Shown piece by piece: positions 54,572 through 64,000 of a DNA stretch of 64,000 nucleotides; position 1 is the stretch's first letter; every line of letters begins with the position of its first letter. The notes under the pieces are model-generated. The model saw only the letters and a program-made list of their open reading frames with translations. It made no database searches and was not told the DNA's origin. Source of the stretch: a virus. The stretch is from the IMG/VR virus record IMGVR_UViG_3300035698_009252, positions 1-64,000 of that record; one strand, given 5' to 3'. Position numbers and translations under genes: made by a program.

Positions 54572-57183
54572 CAGAATCCTGCCATCTCTAAATCGGTTGT
54601 CCAAGTCTTCGCCACGAAATCTACGTTGTGTGAGACATTTGTGATAACCAGCAAGCCCCACCGATGGTAAGGCTTGATGTCGGCATTACCAGGAACCGAT
54701 GTCCTCCCCATCGTCATATAGTGAGACGCTTGTGCCTGTGTCCTGTCGGCATAATCAGAAAGCATCTCCTCGTTTACGTACCCCGAAACAGGTAACACCG
54801 CAGCCTTTTCCCAGGGCACTACAGGATTCGTCACCGTACTTCGGATTTGTGTTCTAATTACAGAGGGGGGATTGTCAATTTTTGAGCCCTCCCCCTGGTA
54901 AATCACCTCTTGCCCCATCACGACAATCTTGTTTCGAAGGTTCCCGAACTCCGGCTGCTGGTCATCCGTGACAATCTTTGTATTCGGATAAGACGGCTCC
55001 CAATCAGTCGCCCCTTCGCTATAGATGGGCAATCCTACACTGTTCAGTTCGTAGAAGTAAATCAACCCATCTATCACCAAATAGTTGTGGTTCGTATCCT
55101 CCATCACCTCTTCAAGTGCTGTTCTGACCGTTGTCCCCGATTTCCAATCAAAACGAGCCACATTCACGTCCTCCGAAACAGAAAGCCGGATAGCAACATC
55201 CGCATTGGCCGTGTTGGTAACAAGTCCGGCATACCGGCAAAGGTAGTCGATAGCCGTCCCAAGGGTCTCTCCATCCATAAATGGGGCGTTGATAAGCATG
55301 ATGTCGTCTAACTTCTTCTCCAGTCCCACCAGGGGAACACTCCAAATTGCACCCTGAGAAGACTTGGAATCGGATATGCCCATACCTAATCCCTTAAAGA
55401 TAACTCCTCCGGTACACCCAGAGGGGACGCCCGTCATATCAAAAACAATAGCCCCGATACTTTGCACTGTTGCCGCACCTTGCCCAGCAGGTCCATACTT
55501 ATCAACAACCATTGTTCCACTGGAGCCATCCGTAGAAATCGATACACTGATGTTCTGGACATACTCTTTCCAATTCCCCGAAGTACTCTTATCCCCCGGC
55601 ATCCCTGCTGGAGTCCAGTTGATTTCAAAATTGCCATTGTCATTCAAGACAGGAGACTCTCTCTCTTCTATTATCTCGATGATGGAACCAAACACTTCGC
55701 CATGACGACGACGGAAAAGGGCATCCGGGAACCTCAAATCCCACGAGATGTAATTGTAATGGGTGTCTGTCGGGGAGATAGGTACATACCCGGAATCCAT
55801 CACAGATGGTGCTGGGTCCAACATGCTCGTAGCATTCCTTGTCCAAATGGGATAAACAGCATAGGAAATTGTGATTTCGCCAGGGATATCGTCTGATGAC
55901 AGGAACCACTCGTCAAACGCTCCCCATGGCGAGAAAAACGCCGGGACGTATCCTATTTCGTATTTGCAATTCTTTGCAAAAACCACCAGTTCTGTACCAA
56001 AGTCCACCACTGTGCTCTCTGCCGGGTCAAGCGGAGAATGGGTCTCCTCGTCGCTGGACCATACAAACACTTCGTCTGGCGAAGACGGGTCAAAACCATC
56101 TGACCAGGGCTCTTGCAAAACAGCAGCATCTTTCAGCTTCGGGACATAAACACTGGCCGCCTGAGTCGTTACAATATTGAATGCATTCGTCCGGGCTTCC
56201 TGAATACCACTTGCCACAATAATGCCATTCCAACAAGGATATACCACAACGATGTAAGGGACTTTGCCGTCAATAGCCTCTTGTTGGACAGGGCCTCCCT
56301 TCGTACGCCCCTCCATTAGATTGACACTTACCCAGTTCTTATCATCTTCAACATCCGGCCCTGTCCCTACTCTTACCCTCATTTCGCCAACATCGACCAT
56401 CTCCATTTGAACTTCACCAAATGTAATTGTGAAATCCCACCCCCTTTGGGACACAAGGTGGGGATCGGATACACCGGGCCGCTGTGGAACGACATTCAAC
56501 AAGAGAACAAATGCACCCGTCACCACAAGTGATTCTTCATCGTCCCATCCGTGAAGTAACGGAGGATTGTCTGGGGAATTAAGCGTCATCAAAACAGTAT
56601 TCTCGTCTTCTTTGTCGTCTTTTGGGTCAACAGACACGTAATTGATGCCAGGATACTTTCCCCACGTAGCCCAGTCGATACCCTCCGTTTTACCTACCGG
56701 ACTACCATTGTGCTCTTCAATCAACCAATTAAAGAGTTCCTCCTTCGTGCCCACGACGGAGTCGGAATCCGCGACATAGTAGGCAGCGAAGTTCCCATCT
56801 AAAACAGATTCCTGTGTGTACAATCCATTTTCAGGAAGAATCCATGACGGGATGACAAGCTTTGGCATAACAGAGTACACAGCATTCACAAAAACCGATG
56901 GTGACCGTTTGATGGAATCCCACGCATCCTCCGTGATGAACTCGGGCCGGGGTGATGGGTCGGGAGAAGAGCCGTTTGCAAACGCCCAGGCTTCATCTAC
57001 AGACACTGTCATAAAGAACCGGTCACCCTTGCCTGTCGGGTCAAAAGTATCATGGCTTTGCCCCTCCGAATACATGTAAAATCTCTGGGATTCATACACG
57101 ATTCTCGTAAACGTCTTACGGGTGACCTGGGGGTCGCTCGCCTTGTCAATGACATTTGTGATTGTAGTAACCGGATTCGCCAT
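54571..57183 (-). CDS. Putative baseplate hub/tail protein
   Basis: Directly follows the tape measure gene. Hub-like C-terminus (NLRNKIVVMG...VPGNADIKP...ITNVSH..D...WTT.LE). Confidence 0.55.
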   Translation of the reverse strand: MANPVTTITNVIDKASDPQVTRKTFTRIVYESQRFYMYSEGQSHDTFDPTGKGDRFFMTVSVDEAWAFANGSSPDPSPRPEFITEDAWDSIKRSPSVFVNAVYSVMPKLVIPSWILPENGLYTQESVLDGNFAAYYVADSDSVVGTKEELFNWLIEEHNGSPVGKTEGIDWATWGKYPGINYVSVDPKDDKEDENTVLMTLNSPDNPPLLHGWDDEESLVVTGAFVLLLNVVPQRPGVSDPHLVSQRGWDFTITFGEVQMEMVDVGEMRVRVGTGPDVEDDKNWVSVNLMEGRTKGGPVQQEAIDGKVPYIVVVYPCWNGIIVASGIQEARTNAFNIVTTQAASVYVPKLKDAAVLQEPWSDGFDPSSPDEVFVWSSDEETHSPLDPAESTVVDFGTELVVFAKNCKYEIGYVPAFFSPWGAFDEWFLSSDDIPGEITISYAVYPIWTRNATSMLDPAPSVMDSGYVPISPTDTHYNYISWDLRFPDALFRRRHGEVFGSIIEIIEERESPVLNDNGNFEINWTPAGMPGDKSTSGNWKEYVQNISVSISTDGSSGTMVVDKYGPAGQGAATVQSIGAIVFDMTGVPSGCTGGVIFKGLGMGISDSKSSQGAIWSVPLVGLEKKLDDIMLINAPFMDGETLGTAIDYLCRYAGLVTNTANADVAIRLSVSEDVNVARFDWKSGTTVRTALEEVMEDTNHNYLVIDGLIYFYELNSVGLPIYSEGATDWEPSYPNTKIVTDDQQPEFGNLRNKIVVMGQEVIYQGEGSKIDNPPSVIRTQIRSTVTNPVVPWEKAAVLPVSGYVNEEMLSDYADRTQAQASHYMTMGRTSVPGNADIKPYHRWGLLVITNVSHNVDFVAKTWTTDLEMAGF

Positions 57184-57185
57184 TC

Positions 57186-60100
57186 TTACCCCATCACCAT
57201 CGGATTGTAACCCGCCTTGCTTAAAGACGCCCTCACCTCAGCAGAGTTGATAACCTCTGCCACCATAGTTGCCATTCTGCCATTCAACGTCGGGTCCTGG
57301 GAGTTAATTCGCAAGTCGCCGGTAATCTTCAATGTCGTTGCCCCACCCGCTACGCCACCTTCTCCGGGTGTCGCCATATGTGCATAATTGGATGTCGACG
57401 AGATTGCCCCTTCAGTCATTCCCGCTCTAGCTTCTCGGCCTTCCATCGTTGCCTGCGAACCAGAAACGTTAGCGGATTCTTTCGCCCCCGCAACTTTCTG
57501 CCAATTCCCCTGAAAGACACCAGCACCCCTGGCAGCGCCACTACTCCCCAAGCCGCTCCCCAGGCCGCCACCACTCCCCATAGTCTTACTGCCCCGGCCC
57601 CCCAATCGGCTGGAAGATGCCCCAAATCGGCTTGGCCCCTTACCTTCCAACATTATACTCGGGCGTCCCGCCTTCGCCTTTGCGATACCACCTATCTCGT
57701 GTCGTGCCAGGAAAGCCTTCCTATCCGCATCAGTAAGAGGCTTCTTCCCTGTCGCCGCTTTCTTCTCATACTTCTCCATTTCGACACGTGCTTTTTCAAC
57801 CCGCTCTGCCTGGTCTAGATGTTTCCACAGTTCTATCTCGGTACCTCTTTCCTGCATCGCGTCAAAGGTTGCCGTCTCCTTCTCATACCGCCGACGAGCT
57901 TTGCTTGGAGGCTCTGATTTAGATAACTGTTTGCCAGGTAACTGTTTGCCCTCAAGAGTCGAAGTTCTCCCGGCAAATGGATTCTGCATCTCCTGGCTAC
58001 GAAGGAAATTACTCGATTTGGAAACCTCCTTCGCACCGTCCTTTGTGTTCTTCTCTATCTTCTTGAGGGCAGCTTCATTCTTTGCAGCAGCCTTGCCCGT
58101 TTTTGCCTGACCCTCTTTGATGGCAGCCTCGACACGCTCGCTTGCACCACCTTCTCCCCCTTCACCTTTCGAGTCAAGGAGGGCAATGGCAATTTCCCTT
58201 GCCACCCCAAGAATGCCGCCGAGTAAGCCATGAGCCCCTTCGTCATGCGTAAACAAAGAACCACTAACGGAAGAATTCTTGTCTATGTTCGTCACGGCAT
58301 CAGCCGTATCCTCGGTATGCTCTTCCGTGTTGTGCATATCCCGCGCCAGTCTCTCCTCTCCCGACAACCTCTTAGGGCCACCCCCTCTCAATCCCTGCAA
58401 CTGTCGCATAATAGACCGGTCTGCTAGATTCCTCACTCCACCCGGACCAGCAGCCATCGGCATCCCCGCCGCATTGTAAGCCCGGCTCCCGGCAACTCCA
58501 CGAATCGCGGATACCCGGTTGACGCCCTTTATCGCACCCATATCACGAAGCTGTCCGAAAGCTGCCCCTAGAATCTTGTCCATCACGTCCTTTTGGACAC
58601 CCACAGACTTCTTCTGCATCACAAACCACGCCTTGCGCACAGCAGTCTCTTGTCGGAGCAAGTCCTGAGAACTATCGCCCGCAGCCCTCATACTCTCAAG
58701 AGTCTGCTGTTCAATGTTATACTTCTCACGAGCAAGAGAAACCATATCTCCCTGGATATCCAGCATTTTGCTGTAATGGGCACCTATAAAACTGAGGTAA
58801 TCCAGTTCATCGGAAAGTCCCTCTTCCTGCAAGGAGATGGTCTGCATTTGGATTGCAGCCCCCTTCTTAATGGCTTCAACCTGAGACTTGATTTCCGTTG
58901 TCTTGATTTTTTCCATCTGGACTTGGGCTTCAACCTCCGCAGTCCTCAGCCGCTCATCAGCCTCAGCCCCCTGATTCGCAGCCCTCAATATGGCCGCATT
59001 CTTCTTGTGCTGTTCAAGCTGGTCCCTTACTGCGTCTCGTTCAATCTTGGCACGAGTCTTCGCTGCCCTTTGCGCCATAGCAACCGTTGCTCCCAAAGAA
59101 TCCATCGCCGCATCTGAAAATTCGGCTAACTCAAACCGGACCTCTGCCATATCCAGGCCCGCCGTTGCCCGGCGTCCCCCAGCGCTACGCATTGCCGAGT
59201 CTATCGCTTCCTGGAGCCCGTCAAAGACTCCATAGAGTCTTTCCTTCGCCGCTGCCGACTCTTTCTCTAGTTCTGCGGTTGATTCGTCTGCCGCCTCAAT
59301 CATACCGGCATAGTAATTCTTCAGTGCTTTTGTAGGAGCATTTCTCTTCGCCTCCTCAAGCCCTGCTTTCTCCCTCTCATTGTCCTGAATCATTCCCTCG
59401 TTATTTTTCAGGATTTCCAAGGAGAGCTTCCTATTCACCTCGTTGCGTTCTGCAATGTTCTTAAGCCCCTTGCCCGTATCCTTATCTACCTCGGCCCTCG
59501 CCTCAATGACCGCAAGGTTACGGCTCGCAATCTTGTACTCCTGGGTATTCGTAGCACTCCTCTTTTCGAACACAGCGATGGCTTCCTTCGCACCTCCCAA
59601 CAGTTTTCCCTCAGCATCGAGCTGTTCTTTCAAATCTATATTTCGTGTGTCTTGTGCCTTTGTTGTGGCACTCCCAGCAGCGACAAGAGCCTCGTATAAA
59701 TCCTTACCCTTCTTCGCCAAATCACCTTGCTTGGCTAATGCCTCTATGGCTTCTTCTTCCCGCTTGGTCACATTGTTAATAATGGAATTGGCACGGATAG
59801 CGATTGTCTCGTGCTCCGCCATGACAGCCGCCGCACCCTCAACGTCACCCTTTAATTGAAGCTCCGCCGCATATGCCGCCCTTTGCGTCATCGCAGTATT
59901 TTTTGTCCACTTTAGCTTTACGGCGGATATCTCAGCCTGCTTCCTCGTCCAAGTGGAAATCTTCTCTTCGTTTTCCCTAATGTTCTTTCCAAGGGAACTT
60001 TGACGTTCTGACAACTTCTTGCGTAACGCCAAGTTTTCCGTTTCCTTCTTGGTTCCGGGAACTAAATCCTTCGATTTCTTATTGGCCTTATCGAGTTCAT

Positions 60101-62924
60101 CGGTGACACCGGCAAGAGAATGTTTCAGGCCAGCAGCATTCCCGCGAAGGCCCCTAATGCTTCCGCCCTCCAAAACTGCCAAACCATCAGACAATCCTTC
60201 AATCTCGTCATTAAGCGCATCCAGTTGGGTTTTTGCGGATTTGCCGATTTTTTCAAAGTCCCCTTCGTTTAACCTGCCCAAGTCCGCTCCACTCCCTCTG
60301 AAGTTTTTCTTGGCGTCGGCAGACAGTCCATTGAAAAGGTCCTTACCAGCCTTCCTGGCTTCCGCTGCATACTTCTCCAATTCATCCCGGCGGCTTTTTT
60401 GCTGCTCTTTAATCTTGGGGAACTGAGCCACGACCTGATTAACCACGTCTATCGCAGCGGAAGCCTCTGCTTTCAATTCCCTCCGCAAATCTGCCCCAGA
60501 CATCGCTCCCGTTTCGCCCGCGTAAGAAGTCCTCTGTCCCTTTATCTGGGACAACATTTCAGCCTGGGCAATCCCTGGCGTTTTCAAAAGCTGTTGTATA
60601 ACCGCACTGATTCCATTGACGAAGGTTTCGGCAGCTTCTAACTCATACTGCTTGAGCTGCGTAAGAGAAATCCGACGTTCCTCATTCGTCATATCGGCGT
60701 CTTTTGCTATTTCCCGACGCCTTTCGGAAAGCCCCTTGTTCAGAAGTTCGAAACGGGATGACGTTGCCTTTGTCGAGTCGGACACAGCCTGATTGAATTC
60801 TCCGAGTGCTCCCCCGAACTCTGTCAGGCTCCGCAAGCTAATCCCCGCAACTTCCTTCTCCATTTCGGACAATTGGACTTTTGTCGTCTCTGCAACCTTG
60901 CCCAAGGCCATTAATTGATGCTCAAAGGCCAATGATGATTTGCGGAATCGGTCCTGGGACGCCTTTACAGCAGCCGCGAGTTTCTCATTGGGCTGTATAG
61001 CCCGTGTCATGGAATCTCTGAACTCGCGTGTTGCCGCAGTATGAAGCATCTCGGCCTTCGCAGCCTCCGTCTTGGCGGCATTGGCCTTTTTCAGATTCTT
61101 CATGTCGAAAATCAGCCATTTGCCAAATCCTACAAGCCCTCCCACGATAACCCCAACAATCCCTCCTACTACCGTTCCCAGAACCGGAACGAATGACCCA
61201 ATAGCCGCTCCGGCAGCGCCCAAGCCCGCAGCAAAACCCGTAATGTTCGCGCCAAGGGTCTTATATTCTGCGGTTACGTCAGCACTCGCCGCCTTCAAAT
61301 CGTGTCCAGATGTACGGTATTCATCCGCCATCTTTTTTGAGCTTCTCGCAGATTTGGCAAAGGCCCAAGACGCAATAGCAAGAGCCGCAATCAAGGTCGT
61401 AACAGCCACTGCTGCCGCAGTCATGCCTGTGACTAATCCCTTTGCCCCCTTCATCATCTTGGCGAACATCGGGCCTATTTTCTTCAGAACCATGGACGTT
61501 GCACCTTTTGGGCCACCACTGGTAATAGACTGCGCTCCACCCGTGGCTAATACTGCCGCCGTCGTAGCATTTTGTGACGCAATCTGGGTACCCATAAGAA
61601 GGTTTGTTGCCCCTATCAATGCCAGACTTCCACCTACTGCCGAGAGGGTCCCCATTGCGTACTTGGAAATCATTGCCAACTTGGGACCAAAAGTTGGCAT
61701 CAAGTTGTTAACCAGGAAATCCTTAATATCTTCCTGTGTCTTATTTGACTTCTGCTGTTCATTCAGCATTTTGACGTCGTCAGAATTTGCAATTCCGGCG
61801 TTTATGCCACCCAACAATCCCGCCGACTGCAACTCCAAGGCAGCGGATATCTTACCAGACTTCGCCAGTGAAAACAGGGAGGCCGCCTGGTCATCCAAGC
61901 TGGCCGTCACACTCAAGTCCGCCTCAAGAGTCGGAATGCTTTCGACAAGTTCTACAAATTCCTTTAGCTTCTCAGTTGGGTCTCCTCCAAATGCTTTTTG
62001 AAGTTTCTTCGCTGCATTCGCCATCCCGGCGACACTGACTACTCCCGTTTCTGCCCCTGACCTGAGAACCTGGTAGAAATCTTTTGACTGTTCCTTTGTG
62101 AGACTCAGTTCGTCGCGAAGCCCTTCCAGTTGCTTGTAATCCGCGCCAACCGTGGTTGCCCCCATAACTTGAGCTTGGACGTTGAATTTGGCAAGAGCTT
62201 TGGCGGCATCAAGATAGCCATCAACAAGCTTCCCGACCTTGTCGAGCAAGTAAACCATCGCGATACCTGCCGCCATCGCTCCCGTTGCGTTCTTTCCGAG
62301 TCCCCCGGCGAAACGCTCCGCCTCTTCTCTCCCCGAGACCATAGATTTCTTGGCTAAATCATAGACACTCGCAACACCGTCGACCTCCCCCGCCAAACTC
62401 TTACTAGATGCCGCGAGTTCATCATTCGCCTTTTTGACGCGGTCCAGCTCTCCCTTCAAATCACTGTTGGAATCCCCCAAATCCCTTTCCGCTTTCGCCG
62501 CCCTCGTCGCCTCCCCGGCCACTTCCCTCATCGAAGAAGCAGCCTGGCCTCCCGATTTCTTAACACTCCCCAGGTCTGACGCGAATGTACCGCTCCCAGC
62601 AGCCGCCCGGCTAAAAGCCATAGACGCGGCGTCCGTAGTTGACGCCAAGTCCATCATGCTGCCCGAAGTGCTCGAAATAACCTTCTTCGCAGAGGTTAAC
62701 CCAGACACAGCTCCCGCAAGATTCTTCGTGTAATCGTCAGTCGCCTTGGCAAAGGTGCTGCTAATTTTAGCCGCATCCTCTTGGGTCTTCGAGAGCTTCG
62801 CTTGCGCCTCATCCGCCTCTTTGGCGGCGGACACAATGCCTCGCAAACTCTCTTCTACCTGATTCGAACTGGCAGAGACAGCATCAGCGACATCTTTTGT
62901 TGCGGGTGCGTTTTGTCTGGGCAC
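57186..62924 (-). CDS. Tail tape measure protein
   Basis: 1912 aa, Ala/Lys-rich helical, Gly/Ala hydrophobic segments, follows the chaperone. Confidence 0.85.
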   Translation of the reverse strand: MPRQNAPATKDVADAVSASSNQVEESLRGIVSAAKEADEAQAKLSKTQEDAAKISSTFAKATDDYTKNLAGAVSGLTSAKKVISSTSGSMMDLASTTDAASMAFSRAAAGSGTFASDLGSVKKSGGQAASSMREVAGEATRAAKAERDLGDSNSDLKGELDRVKKANDELAASSKSLAGEVDGVASVYDLAKKSMVSGREEAERFAGGLGKNATGAMAAGIAMVYLLDKVGKLVDGYLDAAKALAKFNVQAQVMGATTVGADYKQLEGLRDELSLTKEQSKDFYQVLRSGAETGVVSVAGMANAAKKLQKAFGGDPTEKLKEFVELVESIPTLEADLSVTASLDDQAASLFSLAKSGKISAALELQSAGLLGGINAGIANSDDVKMLNEQQKSNKTQEDIKDFLVNNLMPTFGPKLAMISKYAMGTLSAVGGSLALIGATNLLMGTQIASQNATTAAVLATGGAQSITSGGPKGATSMVLKKIGPMFAKMMKGAKGLVTGMTAAAVAVTTLIAALAIASWAFAKSARSSKKMADEYRTSGHDLKAASADVTAEYKTLGANITGFAAGLGAAGAAIGSFVPVLGTVVGGIVGVIVGGLVGFGKWLIFDMKNLKKANAAKTEAAKAEMLHTAATREFRDSMTRAIQPNEKLAAAVKASQDRFRKSSLAFEHQLMALGKVAETTKVQLSEMEKEVAGISLRSLTEFGGALGEFNQAVSDSTKATSSRFELLNKGLSERRREIAKDADMTNEERRISLTQLKQYELEAAETFVNGISAVIQQLLKTPGIAQAEMLSQIKGQRTSYAGETGAMSGADLRRELKAEASAAIDVVNQVVAQFPKIKEQQKSRRDELEKYAAEARKAGKDLFNGLSADAKKNFRGSGADLGRLNEGDFEKIGKSAKTQLDALNDEIEGLSDGLAVLEGGSIRGLRGNAAGLKHSLAGVTDELDKANKKSKDLVPGTKKETENLALRKKLSERQSSLGKNIRENEEKISTWTRKQAEISAVKLKWTKNTAMTQRAAYAAELQLKGDVEGAAAVMAEHETIAIRANSIINNVTKREEEAIEALAKQGDLAKKGKDLYEALVAAGSATTKAQDTRNIDLKEQLDAEGKLLGGAKEAIAVFEKRSATNTQEYKIASRNLAVIEARAEVDKDTGKGLKNIAERNEVNRKLSLEILKNNEGMIQDNEREKAGLEEAKRNAPTKALKNYYAGMIEAADESTAELEKESAAAKERLYGVFDGLQEAIDSAMRSAGGRRATAGLDMAEVRFELAEFSDAAMDSLGATVAMAQRAAKTRAKIERDAVRDQLEQHKKNAAILRAANQGAEADERLRTAEVEAQVQMEKIKTTEIKSQVEAIKKGAAIQMQTISLQEEGLSDELDYLSFIGAHYSKMLDIQGDMVSLAREKYNIEQQTLESMRAAGDSSQDLLRQETAVRKAWFVMQKKSVGVQKDVMDKILGAAFGQLRDMGAIKGVNRVSAIRGVAGSRAYNAAGMPMAAGPGGVRNLADRSIMRQLQGLRGGGPKRLSGEERLARDMHNTEEHTEDTADAVTNIDKNSSVSGSLFTHDEGAHGLLGGILGVAREIAIALLDSKGEGGEGGASERVEAAIKEGQAKTGKAAAKNEAALKKIEKNTKDGAKEVSKSSNFLRSQEMQNPFAGRTSTLEGKQLPGKQLSKSEPPSKARRRYEKETATFDAMQERGTEIELWKHLDQAERVEKARVEMEKYEKKAATGKKPLTDADRKAFLARHEIGGIAKAKAGRPSIMLEGKGPSRFGASSSRLGGRGSKTMGSGGGLGSGLGSSGAARGAGVFQGNWQKVAGAKESANVSGSQATMEGREARAGMTEGAISSTSNYAHMATPGEGGVAGGATTLKITGDLRINSQDPTLNGRMATMVAEVINSAEVRASLSKAGYNPMVMG

Positions 62925-62937
62925 GGCCTCGTCTCCT

Positions 62938-63726
62938 TTATGTCAATAAGATATCCTTCTCCAGGATGGTGAGAACGACATCCAAGATGGTCGTATGCGT
63001 TTTATAGACCTTCTTGAGCGCTTCGTCACTCAAAGAACCATTCTCATCATGCGAAAGTTCAACCTTCTCCCCGTCCGGGCCACGAAGGCTCCAATCCTTG
63101 AGGTGCCACACCAACATGAAATTCCTGAGCTGGAGCCTGTCGATGAGCACCTGCTGGGCTTCTTGCCGGTACACGCCACAACGCTGCCGGTACGATGACA
63201 TATCCTCATAACTTGGCACCGTAAATTCAAACCACTCCTGGACATGGGTAAGGTACTTGAACTCCTTATAGTCGATGCCAAGCCCCGTCCGGGAGACGCT
63301 GAGCACCTGGCCGTCTTTACGGCCACAAAGGATATCCACCTCCACCTTGTGTCTCTTGTCCTCATCGACGAAGAAAGAAGGCGCTGCCGGTTCCCCTTCG
63401 AGGTCCCCATCTTCGGCGTCTTTCTTAGCCATAGCCATCGCTTCCGGGTTCTCCGTGGACTCCTTTACTCCCAATCGGGAGGCATCATCCTTGTCCTTCG
63501 GAACCGCCAAGTCCTTTTCCGCCCCGGCAAGGGCCTCAGAAGGCTCAGGAACGGCCTCTTCCGGCTCTACGGGTGTACTTGTGCCTTCTGCCGAGTCTTG
63601 CGGTTCTGCGGCATCCTGGGGCGTTTCCGGGGTCTCTAACGCCACCTTTTCGGTGTCTGGAGCCGTTTCCTCGGGGGTGTCCTTGGTTTCCTGTTGCACC
63701 TGGTCTTCTTTATCACTCATTTTCAT
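62938..63726 (-). CDS. Putative tail assembly chaperone
   Basis: Immediately upstream of the tape measure gene. LKDWSL.GPDG motif and acidic N-terminus. Confidence 0.55.
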   Translation of the reverse strand: MKMSDKEDQVQQETKDTPEETAPDTEKVALETPETPQDAAEPQDSAEGTSTPVEPEEAVPEPSEALAGAEKDLAVPKDKDDASRLGVKESTENPEAMAMAKKDAEDGDLEGEPAAPSFFVDEDKRHKVEVDILCGRKDGQVLSVSRTGLGIDYKEFKYLTHVQEWFEFTVPSYEDMSSYRQRCGVYRQEAQQVLIDRLQLRNFMLVWHLKDWSLRGPDGEKVELSHDENGSLSDEALKKVYKTHTTILDVVLTILEKDILLT

Positions 63727-63733
63727 CTCCTTT

Positions 63734-64000
63734 TTATGATATGACAATGCCATCCGAAGCATCTGAGATTGAAGCCGTCTCGAATGAGTGGCTAAACATC
63801 CCCAAATCACTTGGACCATTGAATGTGTATCCCTCTGCCGTTGTAACTCCCGTCAACGAGAAAGTCTGCGTCATTATCTTGATGACGTTGTAGGACAGTT
63901 CCGAATAGGTAGTCACCTGGAGAGAGTAAGACACAAGCCCTGCTCTCATATATTTCGGTTCCTGCCCTGCCGTGTTGCCATACATTGGTACCACATCTTG
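63734..64000 (-). CDS. Tail tube-like protein (5'-partial)
   Basis: Open to the window edge, beta-rich, precedes the chaperone and tape measure genes. Confidence 0.4.
   Translation of the reverse strand, partial: QDVVPMYGNTAGQEPKYMRAGLVSYSLQVTTYSELSYNVIKIMTQTFSLTGVTTAEGYTFNGPSDLGMFSHSFETASISDASDGIVIS

Noticed and set aside
62925-62960. Tail chaperone G/GT frameshift
   Set aside because: No slippery heptamer at the end of the chaperone gene, and the tape measure gene begins 13 nt after its stop.
97-63893. Numerous plus-strand ORFs in the track other than 6154-7125
   Set aside because: They lie antisense to tightly tiled minus-strand genes with recognisable motifs and have no motifs of their own.
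1-64000. Stop-codon reassignment, tRNA genes, or uracil-substituted DNA
   Set aside because: Conserved genes are full length in code 11 and use all three stops. No cloverleaf is visible in the short intergenic gaps. Intact dUTPase and UDG argue against U-DNA.

Overview
This 64 kb window is a gene-dense segment of a large tailed dsDNA bacteriophage (jumbo/myovirus-like organisation) using the standard bacterial code. Nearly every gene is on the minus strand. In transcription order (right to left) it contains: (1) a tail module (tube-like fragment, chaperone, 1912-aa tape measure, hub/baseplate, collagen G-F-Q fibre, C1q- and BppU-like fibres); (2) a replication/recombination module (SNF2 helicase, DnaB, catalytically dead YhaM-like OB-HD protein, primase, ECF-like sigma factor, Hel308/Ski2-like helicase split in two around UDG, SSB, RecA, 5'-3' exonuclease, MTase-like protein, kinase, Mre11, and DnaE broken by a split intein with a Vsr-like endonuclease between the halves); (3) a glycosyltransferase/dUTPase cluster; (4) an accessory island with a repeated non-canonical promoter motif; (5) half-Rad50, an NRS/ER rhamnose enzyme, a Cas4-like nuclease and RuvC; (6) a lone plus-strand HNH-Rep fusion; (7) a cluster of proteins sharing an N-terminal leader and [KR]-x-A motifs, probably head-packaged cargo. 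The strongest candidates for something new are: twin six-copy GGC arrays over the SD sequences of the SSB gene and the dead-YhaM gene (possible ring-type translational repressor); a probable programmed -1 frameshift adding a 4-Cys domain to SSB; the leader-tagged cargo family; the split DnaE intein; and the fractured helicase. All family assignments come from motif recognition by eye. No database searches were run.
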